64,000 bases of DNA from Candidatus Poribacteria bacterium (GCA_965215265.1 OZ244048.1:4704001-4768000); one strand, 5' to 3'. Shown: positions 41,683-51,083, numbered from the stretch's first letter. Notes: generated by a model from the sequence alone, not told the origin. A program made the numbers and translations.

Positions 41683-42116
41683 TCACATCCGTATCATCAA
41701 TCTGGTATTCGATGGGCAAAAACAAGCACATTCAAATGCTTTTTGATAGAAATTGATAAAGATTTAACAAATTTCCCTCTACTCCAGAGAATTGCCAAAC
41801 GATACTATCCGCTCGGTATTCGCAATTGGTTACTCGATAACGAGGACAGCCCTAATCCCACATCTGTGGCGTAAAACTCACATCTCCGGATACTGCACGA
41901 TGGACGGGTACCTACATGTCAATTCAATACAATGACTTACGATAAATTTACTGAACTCTGGGAAAGTACAGAAATTCTGAAACAGCGGGAAGGGGTAAAC
42001 AGATGCCCTGGCTGTTGGGCGGAATGCGAGGTCCTGCCCAGCGCAATTTACATTGGAGATTTGTTGATGAAAACGCTATTCCCCGGCAAGTAGGTTTAAA
42101 CGGAGAGAGGCGAGAG

Positions 42117-42152
42117 GTCTGTGGTTGTCCAATCCAGCGGGCAACCACAGAC
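42117..42152 (-). terminator. Hairpin after the DUF1326-like gene
   Basis: gtctgtggttgtcc-loop-gggcaaccacagac. Confidence 0.65.
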
Positions 42153-42157
42153 ATAAT

Positions 42158-42820
42158 TTAATCGATCCTGAAGTCGCCCACAAAGACGTTGTTCTCTGCA
42201 CCACCTTGGCTCCATGTCACCGGCAGTGCCCCTTTATCTCTGTAACTATAGACATCAGACTTGCCGACAATAGCGCCCTCAATCTCTGTCAGCGGTTTGT
42301 ACCAAATTTGATGAGGCTGTGTACAGCCGCTACACGGATAGCGATTCGCAGAGAGCGCGAGGACTTCGCCAACCTGTACATCATATTCGGTACCGTTCTT
42401 TTTGAACGTTATCGGCGCAACTTGGGTTGCAACAAGCTCCCCTAAAACAGCAGCGCGTTTCGTCTGCATCAGATGCGTTACTGCTTCACGCTGTTGCACC
42501 GTGGCTCTAATGTCCACATACAATACACTCTTACGGTTCGCAGTCTCAATCGCCAAATTAGCGTCACCACTTACCACTGCAACCACCGTTAAACCGTCTA
42601 GCGAAACATCGTTCCAGCTGCCACTCTGGATATTCCATATCAAGGTCGCCTCTTTACCGCCTTCGACAAACTCTGCACCGAAGTGGCACGCGCCGATGTA
42701 TACACTCGCGGAGCGGGCTTCAATATATTCGCCTCGCACGCTTGGCGCTTCCGTTGCAAATGCAATCATCCCTGCCGCGACCATAAGGGCGAGCATTGTG
42801 AAAACCAGAATCTTTTTCAT
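42158..42820 (-). CDS. Secreted DUF1326-like protein
   Basis: Signal peptide, GEYIEARSASVYIGACH, GSWNDVSLDGL, VDIRATVQQREA. Confidence 0.7.
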   Translation of the reverse strand: MKKILVFTMLALMVAAGMIAFATEAPSVRGEYIEARSASVYIGACHFGAEFVEGGKEATLIWNIQSGSWNDVSLDGLTVVAVVSGDANLAIETANRKSVLYVDIRATVQQREAVTHLMQTKRAAVLGELVATQVAPITFKKNGTEYDVQVGEVLALSANRYPCSGCTQPHQIWYKPLTEIEGAIVGKSDVYSYRDKGALPVTWSQGGAENNVFVGDFRID

Positions 42821-43023
42821 CAGTTTTTCCTCCTTGATGCATTACACGACGCAAAATTCTCATTTCAACTCTGCGTCCGTTGATTACCTATTATACACTT
42901 TTCTCTTTTTAATATGCAACCCAAAAGTTAATCCTCATTTACCCCCATTTTCTTCGCAAGTTGCCGGTAAATGTGAGAAAACCTGTCAGGCACCAGCAAA
43001 ATGGATACCTAAAATCGGGTTAA

Positions 43024-44232
43024 CTAACTGCTCTCTTCAGGAATCACGAGCCGCGTCCGCCCCGTCAGGAGCTCCTGCATCATCGCCTTTTTGATGTCGC
43101 GTATCTTCTCAACCTGTTTCTCCAGTGCAGCTAGCTCCCCATCCATATCGGAGAGGATAGTAACAATAGCTTTTTGTTCCAATACACTCGGGGCAATGAA
43201 GTAAAAGTTTGCCATGTCACGACCATACAAATGAAACACTGTTGTACCTGCCACCAGTTTCATCACCTGATTACGGTTCATTTTTATCGAGTATGCGAGA
43301 AAGGTGCCATTGAGAATCTGCTCCGGGACACGTATAACCAGAATGTCCCCGCCAAGGATAACATCAGGCACGGAGATACAACTTGCTGTCGCAAGCCCAT
43401 TAGGCGTAACATCGGATGCTGGCATAAGGACATCATTAGAGCAAGAAAGCAAAAAGACATCTTCTCTATTCGTGCGATGTAGGACTTCAGTGATACATTC
43501 CTTGTATGTTGTAAACAACTCCCCATAGTGAATACATGGTCTTTTGCCATCAAGAGATAGATCTGTTTTCAACAAACTGCTCGTCCCTTTAAAAAATGAT
43601 GCGATATCCCCTAATCGCTTCGTCTGCCACTCGTCTGTGAACCCCGGCAGTCGCGTTTTACCCGTCAGCAGTTGCTGCATCGCCGCGAGTTTTATCGCCT
43701 GCTTCTTTGCAATCAGCGCCTCCAACGAGTTGATGAGTCCATCCACATCCGATAAGACTTCCGCGATGGCAGCTTGTTCTTTTATATTTTCAGGAAAACG
43801 AACAACCATCCCACGGAATTTTGGCAGGCTTATGACATACCGCGTTCCACTCCCATCACACTCTCTGCTGGCTTGATCGAGGAATCCCTTCGTGTCAAAA
43901 ACATAAGCACGAAAGCGAAGGTCCCAATTCGTTTTCAAACGCAACCGGATAACGTGATAACTATAAACACCATCCGGAATATCCTCCATTGCTACCGCAC
44001 AGCGACCTATATCTTCACGTATCTCCGAGGAGGGCGTGAAGAAAATATCACCCTTTTCAACTGCAAAGCGCCGAACCTGATCCGGTTTCGCTGTAACATA
44101 GTGCGTCAAATCTTTTGAATACAAAAAGGTCTTGTTGTAGACATCAAGATAGTTCACAAGCCGGACAGGCAACTCATCACGACTCACTTTTTTGTTAACT
44201 CCAGTTCCTGTTATGTCACCAATTTCCCCCAA
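43024..44232 (-). CDS. hsdS: Type I R-M specificity subunit (5' end anomalous; coupled ATG at 44329 is out of frame)
   Basis: Two TRDs, each followed by the conserved EQxAI...D...MQxLLTG region. Confidence 0.92.
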   Translation of the reverse strand: MGEIGDITGTGVNKKVSRDELPVRLVNYLDVYNKTFLYSKDLTHYVTAKPDQVRRFAVEKGDIFFTPSSEIREDIGRCAVAMEDIPDGVYSYHVIRLRLKTNWDLRFRAYVFDTKGFLDQASRECDGSGTRYVISLPKFRGMVVRFPENIKEQAAIAEVLSDVDGLINSLEALIAKKQAIKLAAMQQLLTGKTRLPGFTDEWQTKRLGDIASFFKGTSSLLKTDLSLDGKRPCIHYGELFTTYKECITEVLHRTNREDVFLLSCSNDVLMPASDVTPNGLATASCISVPDVILGGDILVIRVPEQILNGTFLAYSIKMNRNQVMKLVAGTTVFHLYGRDMANFYFIAPSVLEQKAIVTILSDMDGELAALEKQVEKIRDIKKAMMQELLTGRTRLVIPEESS

Positions 44233-44325
44233 TCGCTTCGTCTGCCACGCCCCGCTGAACCGCTTTGGGGAGGGCTTGAAATCACGCGAACTGTCCGACT
44301 CACACGGAGCTTGGGTTGTGTTTGC

Positions 44326-46875
44326 TCATATCCCTGTCCACTCTATCCCCATATTTTTCAGATGCACTTCCAGCTGCGCGCTGAACGCTGACACTTTGAC
44401 GGCTAATTCTCGCAACGGCATCGCATAACGCCCCGCCAACCCCTGCACACTCCCCGTCAACGCTTGCGTCACCCCTTCTATTTCCGCCTCAATCGCCCCA
44501 TGGATACTGGCTAACCACTTCCCTTCCACTACCAACGTCTTAATCTCTATTTCGCGCAGCTCCGCATACTTCCCAAGCACCGAAACCGCCAGCGCCTCTG
44601 ATGTCTCTTTCTGCAGCCGCTGCAGGCGCGTCTCCTCCCCTATCAGCTGCAGATACTCATAAAGAACGTCCAATTCCGCAAACAGACACCCGGCATCCTT
44701 CACGCCCTTCGTCCAGGCGCAAGCACCGAAACTCGCTTTCTTAATCGCTTTCGCCTGTTCAGACTCAGCAGTGCCTTCAGCAAACTCCCTCAAAATAATG
44801 TCCCTATACTCCATCACGCGCTGTAGCACATTCCCCTTGCTTATGCCTCGCGCCCCTTCAAGCCCAGCCAGCGCACCACCCTCTGCGGCGTGTTCCTCAA
44901 CGAACGCCTCAACTTCCTGCGCTGCCCTTTCATGCGACGCTTGGAGGCACTCTATAGCCGCCTGCTCATCCGAAAAGTAGCGTGCAACAATCAGACCCGG
45001 CGGTATCAGATCCAGCTTATATTTCTTGCGCTTGACGACGAGGTCCGGTGCCTCCTTGATCCGCTTATCCTGAATCAGCGCGCGCGGTTTCACCCCTTCA
45101 CGCCACCCCTCGGCAGCGATAAGATACACATCGTCCTGCATCACCGCTTCCCAATAATCCATCAATCCTTGGTAGACATCATACGCATCCAGCAGCGGCG
45201 CGTCTGCAAAGTACGTCAGTAAATCCGCAGACAACGCATCAATTACCGCTTTAGGCGATGTCCCTACCTCAATGCCAAACAGACGCCGCGTGTGAACCTC
45301 ACGCCAAGCGTGAAAACACCTCTCAACCCCCCGCCGGTAAACTTCTAACTCATGATGTCCTACTATCGTGCTTTTCACTTCTTCTGCTTCCACGCGCACA
45401 TCGCTATAGCCCGGCCGGATGCCACTCTCAAACAACTCCTCACGTAATGTCGGGAATACCTTCCAATACCCCTCCAAGCTGGCAAGCTCACTCTCAGGAA
45501 TCCCACCGTTCAGGTGGGCATCCAAGTCATGCAAATCTTCCGCCTCGCTCGCATCTAGATAGCGCGGGATGTTCAGATTGTAGGCGTTCGCGGCACTCGC
45601 AATCTCAGACACGGGCACCAGCCGCGCATAACCCGCCATCTCCCGCTGTTCGGTGAACACCCTCACTATTTTATCAATATCTCGCGCACGCAGCCTATTC
45701 TTGTTACCCGCCTTCAGGAACCCCCGGCTCGCATCTATCAGGAAGATGCCACGGCGCGCAGGCGCCTTCTCCTTGTCAATAACCAGAATACACGCGGGAA
45801 TGCCGGTACCGTAGAACAGATTCGCAGGCAACCCGATTATCCCCTTGATGAACCCACGCTTGACCAACGCTTTCCGAATCTCCCCTTCTCTATTCCCTCT
45901 AAACAACACGCCATGCGGCAAGATTATCGCCCCCTTCCCGTTGCTCTTCAACGAGGCGAGGAAATGGAGCAGAAAAGCATAATCTCCATTCTTCGCAGGC
46001 GGCACTCCATACGCAAAACGGCCATAAGCGTCATGCACAGGATTCAGCCCGTTTGACCACGCTTTGTCCGAGAACGGCGGATTCGCAACCGCAAAATCGA
46101 ACGTCTTCAAACCATGCTCCGCGTTCAGAAAGTAGGGCGCGGAGAGCGTGTTACCATGCCAGAGCTCCGCCGTCGCCGTATCGTGCAAAATCATGTTCAT
46201 CCTGGCCAGCGCGTAAGTCGCATGATCCTTCTCTTGTCCGTAAACCGACAACCCCCGCGGCGCCTCCGCATTTGCCCTCAGCAACAGAGACCCGGAGCCA
46301 CACGCTGGATCATAGACAGTCCTATATTGGGGCGTGTCTGGGCCGATGCCGATAACTTTTGCCACTACGCGCGACACTTCCGCAGGGGTGTAGAATTGTC
46401 CCTTACTCTTCCCTGACTCCGTCGCGAAATGCCGCATCAAATACTCATACGCGTCACCCAGCAGATCCTCAGCCGATGCCCTATGCCCCCGTAAATCAAG
46501 CCCCTCAAAAATAGAAACCAGTTTCGAGAGCCGGTCCTGCATCTCTTTCCCTCTGCCCAGTTTGCTCTCATCGTTAAAATCCGCCTGATCTATCACACCT
46601 TTCAGTTCATTGGCGTCTGCCAGTCTTCCGATGATTTTATTGATTTTGTCACCGATGTCTTTGTTCCCCTTCAACTTCACCATATCGGAGAACCCCCCGC
46701 CAGGGGGAACCACAATCAGCGTCGCATCCCCAGGCACTGCCGCCTTATCCGACACAGACTTCAGGAAAAGCAGTGTCAGCACATAGTCTTTGTATTGTGA
46801 TGCGTCCATCCCACCGCGCAGCTCATCGCAGCTCGCCCATAGAGACGCGTAAAGTTGTGATTTCTTTATTCCCAT
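44326..46875 (-). CDS. hsdM: Type I R-M methyltransferase subunit
   Basis: LWASCDELRG, GQFYTP, YDPACGSG, ANPPF, HGVLFRG, YNLNIPRY. Confidence 0.95.
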   Translation of the reverse strand: MGIKKSQLYASLWASCDELRGGMDASQYKDYVLTLLFLKSVSDKAAVPGDATLIVVPPGGGFSDMVKLKGNKDIGDKINKIIGRLADANELKGVIDQADFNDESKLGRGKEMQDRLSKLVSIFEGLDLRGHRASAEDLLGDAYEYLMRHFATESGKSKGQFYTPAEVSRVVAKVIGIGPDTPQYRTVYDPACGSGSLLLRANAEAPRGLSVYGQEKDHATYALARMNMILHDTATAELWHGNTLSAPYFLNAEHGLKTFDFAVANPPFSDKAWSNGLNPVHDAYGRFAYGVPPAKNGDYAFLLHFLASLKSNGKGAIILPHGVLFRGNREGEIRKALVKRGFIKGIIGLPANLFYGTGIPACILVIDKEKAPARRGIFLIDASRGFLKAGNKNRLRARDIDKIVRVFTEQREMAGYARLVPVSEIASAANAYNLNIPRYLDASEAEDLHDLDAHLNGGIPESELASLEGYWKVFPTLREELFESGIRPGYSDVRVEAEEVKSTIVGHHELEVYRRGVERCFHAWREVHTRRLFGIEVGTSPKAVIDALSADLLTYFADAPLLDAYDVYQGLMDYWEAVMQDDVYLIAAEGWREGVKPRALIQDKRIKEAPDLVVKRKKYKLDLIPPGLIVARYFSDEQAAIECLQASHERAAQEVEAFVEEHAAEGGALAGLEGARGISKGNVLQRVMEYRDIILREFAEGTAESEQAKAIKKASFGACAWTKGVKDAGCLFAELDVLYEYLQLIGEETRLQRLQKETSEALAVSVLGKYAELREIEIKTLVVEGKWLASIHGAIEAEIEGVTQALTGSVQGLAGRYAMPLRELAVKVSAFSAQLEVHLKNMGIEWTGI

Positions 46876-46920
46876 ATCTCAATGCCTATCCTTACTGGAT
46901 GCTTTGACCTGATTACAAGC

Positions 46921-47057
46921 AATTCTTCAATTGTTCGCCGGTTTTCGATGTCTGCCTTTCCTTGAATCAATGGCAGTCCCTCGGCGTGTTGGTTGGTGAC
47001 AGTCCCATCATAATAGCAGCAAGGTGACTAAGCGTTTTTTCAGTCCACTCGTCGCTG
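46921..47057 (-). pseudogene. Frameshifted remnant of the start of an extra HsdS target-recognition domain
   Basis: Hand translation gives SDEWTEKTLSHLAAIMMGLSP, then after a frameshift EGLPLIQGKADIENRRTI. This resembles TRD starts (compare DEWQTKRLGDIA in the intact hsdS). Confidence 0.7.
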
Positions 47058-47350
47058 GTTTCGATTTCAAATTGGTTCGATTAAAAGATTGAATGGAGAG
47101 AATTCTCAATCGTAGTGAACGGAGTTTTGATTCCAAATTGATTCGATTAAAAGTAGGTTAGCACCTTATACAACACAGAGGATTCTTTGTTTTAATTCCA
47201 AATTGGTTCGATTAAACGTCTAAAACTGATATATACAGTATACCACATCCTTATGCCGCTTGTCAAGGTAATTTTTATATTTTTTTTACATTTCCAAATT
47301 GGTTCGATTAAAAGCGGCCCACCCGCCCAAATCCTTGGTTTTGATTCCAA
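47058..47350 (-). CRISPR. Degenerate orphan CRISPR array, 30-bp repeat (transcribed consensus CTTTTAATCGAACCAATTTGGAATCAAAAC)
   Basis: Repeats at 47058-47087, 47124-47153 and 47189-47218 with 36- and 35-bp spacers. Further partial repeats end at 47314 and lie at 47338-47350. No cas genes in the window. Confidence 0.85.
47237..47266 (-). promoter_or_regulatory. Strong sigma70-type promoter inside the array, facing the repeats and hsdM
   Basis: Minus strand TTGACA (47266-47261), 18 nt ending TGG, TATACT (47242-47237). Confidence 0.7.
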
Positions 47351-47359
47351 GGAAGTAAC

Positions 47360-48202
47360 CTATGTATCCATCTTCCCAAGGCTTGCAGGTGCGCGCGATT
47401 TTCCGACAAGTCCGGCGAGTACGACCATGGTTAAAATATAAGGTAAACTCTCTAACAACTGTGTTGGGATCTGCCATCGGTTCGCCAGTTTTAACGCTGC
47501 AGCAAATCCAAAGAGAAAACACGCGGCGATGCCGCGGAGCGGGTGCCAATTCCCAAAAATTACAGCTGCAAGTGCGACATAACCGCGCCCAGCCGTCATA
47601 CCTTTTGTGAAGTAGTGAACCTCAGAAACGAGGAAACAGCCGCCGACTGCGGCAAAGATACCGCTGCAGATAACAGCAAAATATTGCCATCGAGCACGGC
47701 TCAGACTAAGCGTCGCGAGTGCCTCCGTCGATTCGCCTGCAGCTTGCAACCGCAACCCCCATGGCGTTTTAAAAAGCAGAACGTGACTTATAACCATCAA
47801 AACCGGCATCAAATAGACAAGAAAGTTGTACGAACCGATAAAAGGAAATTGCCAATAGGGAAGCCCACTGACGCGCCCGGAAGTAGGTAAGATAAACTCT
47901 GTAATACCCAACGCCAAAATGTTAATCGCAATCCCGCTAACGATCTGCTCCGCATGAAATGTAACAGAGGCGACAGCGTGTAACAACCCTAATGCCGCAC
48001 CGAAACAGAGGCCCACCATTAAACCACACCACGGTGAACCGAAGCCCTGGGTGCCGATAACGTAACCAAACGCACCGATGAGCATCATGCCTTCTAGGGC
48101 GATGTTAATCACGCCAGAACGTTCAGAGTAAATACCGCCAAGCGCAGCAAATCCCAGGGGTGTTGACATCCGCAGTGTCATTGGAATTAATTCAAGAATC
48201 AT
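47360..48202 (-). CDS. Nucleoside/simple-sugar ABC transporter permease
   Basis: SERSGVINIALEGMM, GLRLQAAGE, GRGYVALAAVIFG. Confidence 0.9.
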   Translation of the reverse strand: MILELIPMTLRMSTPLGFAALGGIYSERSGVINIALEGMMLIGAFGYVIGTQGFGSPWCGLMVGLCFGAALGLLHAVASVTFHAEQIVSGIAINILALGITEFILPTSGRVSGLPYWQFPFIGSYNFLVYLMPVLMVISHVLLFKTPWGLRLQAAGESTEALATLSLSRARWQYFAVICSGIFAAVGGCFLVSEVHYFTKGMTAGRGYVALAAVIFGNWHPLRGIAACFLFGFAAALKLANRWQIPTQLLESLPYILTMVVLAGLVGKSRAPASLGKMDT

Positions 48203-48325
48203 TTTCTACAAATCAGGTATACACACATGAGAATGTCCGTGCTTGGCAGCAACCCCTGCATGCACTCCTGCTTGATTCAGCCGTGCTGACAAGATAGACA
48301 CAAACACCTCATAAAAATTTGAGAG

Positions 48326-49522
48326 TCATCTCTCTGAGCTATGTAAAAAATCGGATTTGTGCGAAAACCCATCAATGCTGACCAAGCAGATAATGAGAAA
48401 CCCTTGTCCAACAAGAAACAGGCCTCGTGGAACCTCCAAAAATATCTCAATATCTAAGGCAACTTTACTGAGCAGGCCAAATAGGACTGCAGCTACCAAA
48501 ACGCCAAATGGCTGATTTCTGCCCAACAGGGCAACGGCTATTCCTGTAAAGCCCCACGCAGGCGAGAAACTATCTAAAAACCGGTAACGGTAACCGAGAA
48601 CCTCAGCAACTCCGGCTAAGCCTGCAGTCGCACCGCTGATTGCCATTGTCCATACCGTCACGATGCGTGGGTTTATCCCACCGTACGATGCTACCTCTGG
48701 CGCGTTCCCTACCAAACGGAGTTCGTACCCCCAACGTGTGTGCATTAAAAAGAGATAACAGAGCACGACACAACCACAAGCGAACAGAAAACTGACGTTT
48801 AGGGGATTACTCTCCGGAAGCAACCGGAAATACGGGGCCAACCGCGGAAGCCGTGCGGCTTCAGAAATCGGTGCGGTTTGCGGATTCATCTGATCCGGCT
48901 CTTGGTACACAACCGTAACGAGGTAATTCATGAGTGCGAACGCGATGAAGTTCATCATTATTGTGTTGATAACTTCATGCGTCCCGAATTTCGCTTTTAA
49001 GAACCCCGGAATTCCACCCCAAGCCGCCCCGGCAGTTACGGCACACCCTATACAGAGCGGTATCAGCACTACAGAGGGCATTGCTACATGCAGCCCTACC
49101 CATGTAGCAGCAAACGCCGCAACGTAAAGCTGCCCCTCACAGCCGATATTGAATAAGCCACCTCTATAACCGATTGCAACAGCGAGCCCGGTAAAAATAA
49201 GCGGTGTCGCGTTAAACAACACATAACCAAAATCGTCAAAACTGGCAAAACCGCTGACAAAGAGAACCCGATAGAATTCCCGCGGATGCCGGCCCCTCAC
49301 GATAAGCACAAGCCCACATAAAATGAAAAAGCCAAACGTCACAACCACCGGCGGCATGCAACTACGCAAGATTTGTTTGCCGTGCTTACGGATTTGGCTC
49401 GAACCTTGTTTTCTGGTAAAATTAAAATAGCGTAGGATATTCAAATTGCTTCTTTTATTTATGGATACATCCACAACTTGACAAAAAAAATAAAACATGC
49501 TAATATGGATGTCTATTAGCAA
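48326..49522 (-). CDS. Nucleoside/simple-sugar ABC transporter permease (true start probably further downstream, about 49357-49450)
   Basis: ATPLIFTGLAVA, GLFNIGCEGQ, EVINTIMMNF, GIAVALLGRN. Confidence 0.88.
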   Translation of the reverse strand: MLIDIHISMFYFFCQVVDVSINKRSNLNILRYFNFTRKQGSSQIRKHGKQILRSCMPPVVVTFGFFILCGLVLIVRGRHPREFYRVLFVSGFASFDDFGYVLFNATPLIFTGLAVAIGYRGGLFNIGCEGQLYVAAFAATWVGLHVAMPSVVLIPLCIGCAVTAGAAWGGIPGFLKAKFGTHEVINTIMMNFIAFALMNYLVTVVYQEPDQMNPQTAPISEAARLPRLAPYFRLLPESNPLNVSFLFACGCVVLCYLFLMHTRWGYELRLVGNAPEVASYGGINPRIVTVWTMAISGATAGLAGVAEVLGYRYRFLDSFSPAWGFTGIAVALLGRNQPFGVLVAAVLFGLLSKVALDIEIFLEVPRGLFLVGQGFLIICLVSIDGFSHKSDFLHSSER

Positions 49523-49621
49523 ACTAACTGGCAGCTATAACCTACAAGACTATTTTAATACAAATGCAGTATTAAAACAACCAGAAATACAAAACCGAGA
49601 CATGACAACCCTAAACGAAAA

Positions 49622-51061
49622 ATGAGCAAAACGGACAACAGAAAATCTAAGAAAAATCGCGATGTTGCATCCTGTTTACCGGCTGCGTTAGGCGGAAAAC
49701 CGATTTTTGAACGAACACGGGAGACACCGTATCCTAAACTAGAACAGTGGTGCCAAATGACTGAAGCAGAAGCACAAGTCGCTTATGAAATGACGTTCCG
49801 CAATGAACTCTCTGGCACGTCCCCCACCGTTCAGAAATTTGAGGAAATGTGGTCTGAACGACATCAGACACAATTTGCAATAAGCCTTGTTAACGGAACT
49901 GCGGCGATTCATAGTGCAATGTTTGGACTCGGCGTTGGTCCAGGGGATGAAGTTATCTGCCCCACTTACACCTGGATGGGTTCAATCACGCCAGCACTGA
50001 CGTTGATGGCAAAACCTGTCTTCTGCGAAATTAACCCGAGAACCTTGCTAATTGATGTGGAAGACGTTCGCCGGCGAATTACTGGCAAAACAAAAGCCAT
50101 CGTAGCTGTGCATCTATGGGGAAATGTCTGTGATATGGATGCACTGATGGCTTTAAGCGACGCAACCGGGGTCCCTATCATAGAAGACTGCTCTCACGCA
50201 CACGGTGCCTCCTATAAAGGGAGAGCGTGCGGAAGCATCGGGCATGCAGGTGCTTGGAGTTTACAAGGGAGCAAACCCGTTAGTGCAGGCGAAGGGGGCG
50301 TGCTGGCAACGAATGACGCAGCACTCTTTGAACGGGCTTGTCTACTCGGCCAAGTCAATCGCTCAATAGATATTCCGGAGGCGGGCCGGAAATACGTGGG
50401 TATTCCGTTCCTCGGGCTTGGTGTTAAATTTCGTGCACACCCCGTCGCTATCGGTATTGCCGGCGTGCAGATGCAGAAACTGGACGAACTCAACGCGAAA
50501 CGCCGGGCTTACATTCAAGAAATCTCAAATGGATTGCGTGACCTTCCCGGTATCAGGCCCGTTGAAACTCACCCTGGTGCGGAACCTGCTGGATTTTTCG
50601 GACTACCGATTCACTACAAGGCGGAGGAGCTACATGGCCTTCCAGCACCCGCGTTTGCCGAGGCACTTCGTCAGGAAGGCGTTTTGGCAAATAATAACCC
50701 TTACCCAGCGTTGGTAGGAGACGGAGTGCCCATTTTTTCAGGGAATTTTCCAACAAATAGGAATCCGTACCCACTCTTGCACACACTACCACCTTTCAGG
50801 CAGGGGGTAGACCTTTACACCGGCGGGCGCGGTTCTCTCTGCCCACCGGATATCGGCGGCACTTATCACGGATACACCGAGGGGGATTTCCCTGTCACTG
50901 AAGAAACCTGTTCGCGGCTGGTGTTTTTGCCGATGTTAACGCATCCGCGGCCACATGCAGTGGAAGGTATACTCGCCGCAATTCAAAAAATTGTCGCCCA
51001 TGCCGAACCCCTTGCACAACTTATCAAAAAAGGGGTAACCCTAAAAGAGTTCGCCAAGTAA
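49622..51061 (+). CDS. DegT/DnrJ/EryC1/StrS PLP-dependent aminotransferase
   Basis: NGTAAIH, GVGPGDEVI, EDCSHAHG, SLQGSKPVSAGEGG. Confidence 0.92.
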   Translation: MSKTDNRKSKKNRDVASCLPAALGGKPIFERTRETPYPKLEQWCQMTEAEAQVAYEMTFRNELSGTSPTVQKFEEMWSERHQTQFAISLVNGTAAIHSAMFGLGVGPGDEVICPTYTWMGSITPALTLMAKPVFCEINPRTLLIDVEDVRRRITGKTKAIVAVHLWGNVCDMDALMALSDATGVPIIEDCSHAHGASYKGRACGSIGHAGAWSLQGSKPVSAGEGGVLATNDAALFERACLLGQVNRSIDIPEAGRKYVGIPFLGLGVKFRAHPVAIGIAGVQMQKLDELNAKRRAYIQEISNGLRDLPGIRPVETHPGAEPAGFFGLPIHYKAEELHGLPAPAFAEALRQEGVLANNNPYPALVGDGVPIFSGNFPTNRNPYPLLHTLPPFRQGVDLYTGGRGSLCPPDIGGTYHGYTEGDFPVTEETCSRLVFLPMLTHPRPHAVEGILAAIQKIVAHAEPLAQLIKKGVTLKEFAK

Positions 51062-51083
51062 TGCTGAAGACAGTCATCACAAA

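Noticed and set aside
41690-42154. 68-aa ORF or possible ncRNA upstream of the phnY-like gene
   Set aside because: The ORF start lies within a terminator hairpin and I recognise no RNA motif.
47225-47240. LexA/SOS box-like site actgatatatacagt
   Set aside because: CTG...CAG spacing is 3 bp shorter than the gammaproteobacterial box; kept only as a generic palindrome.
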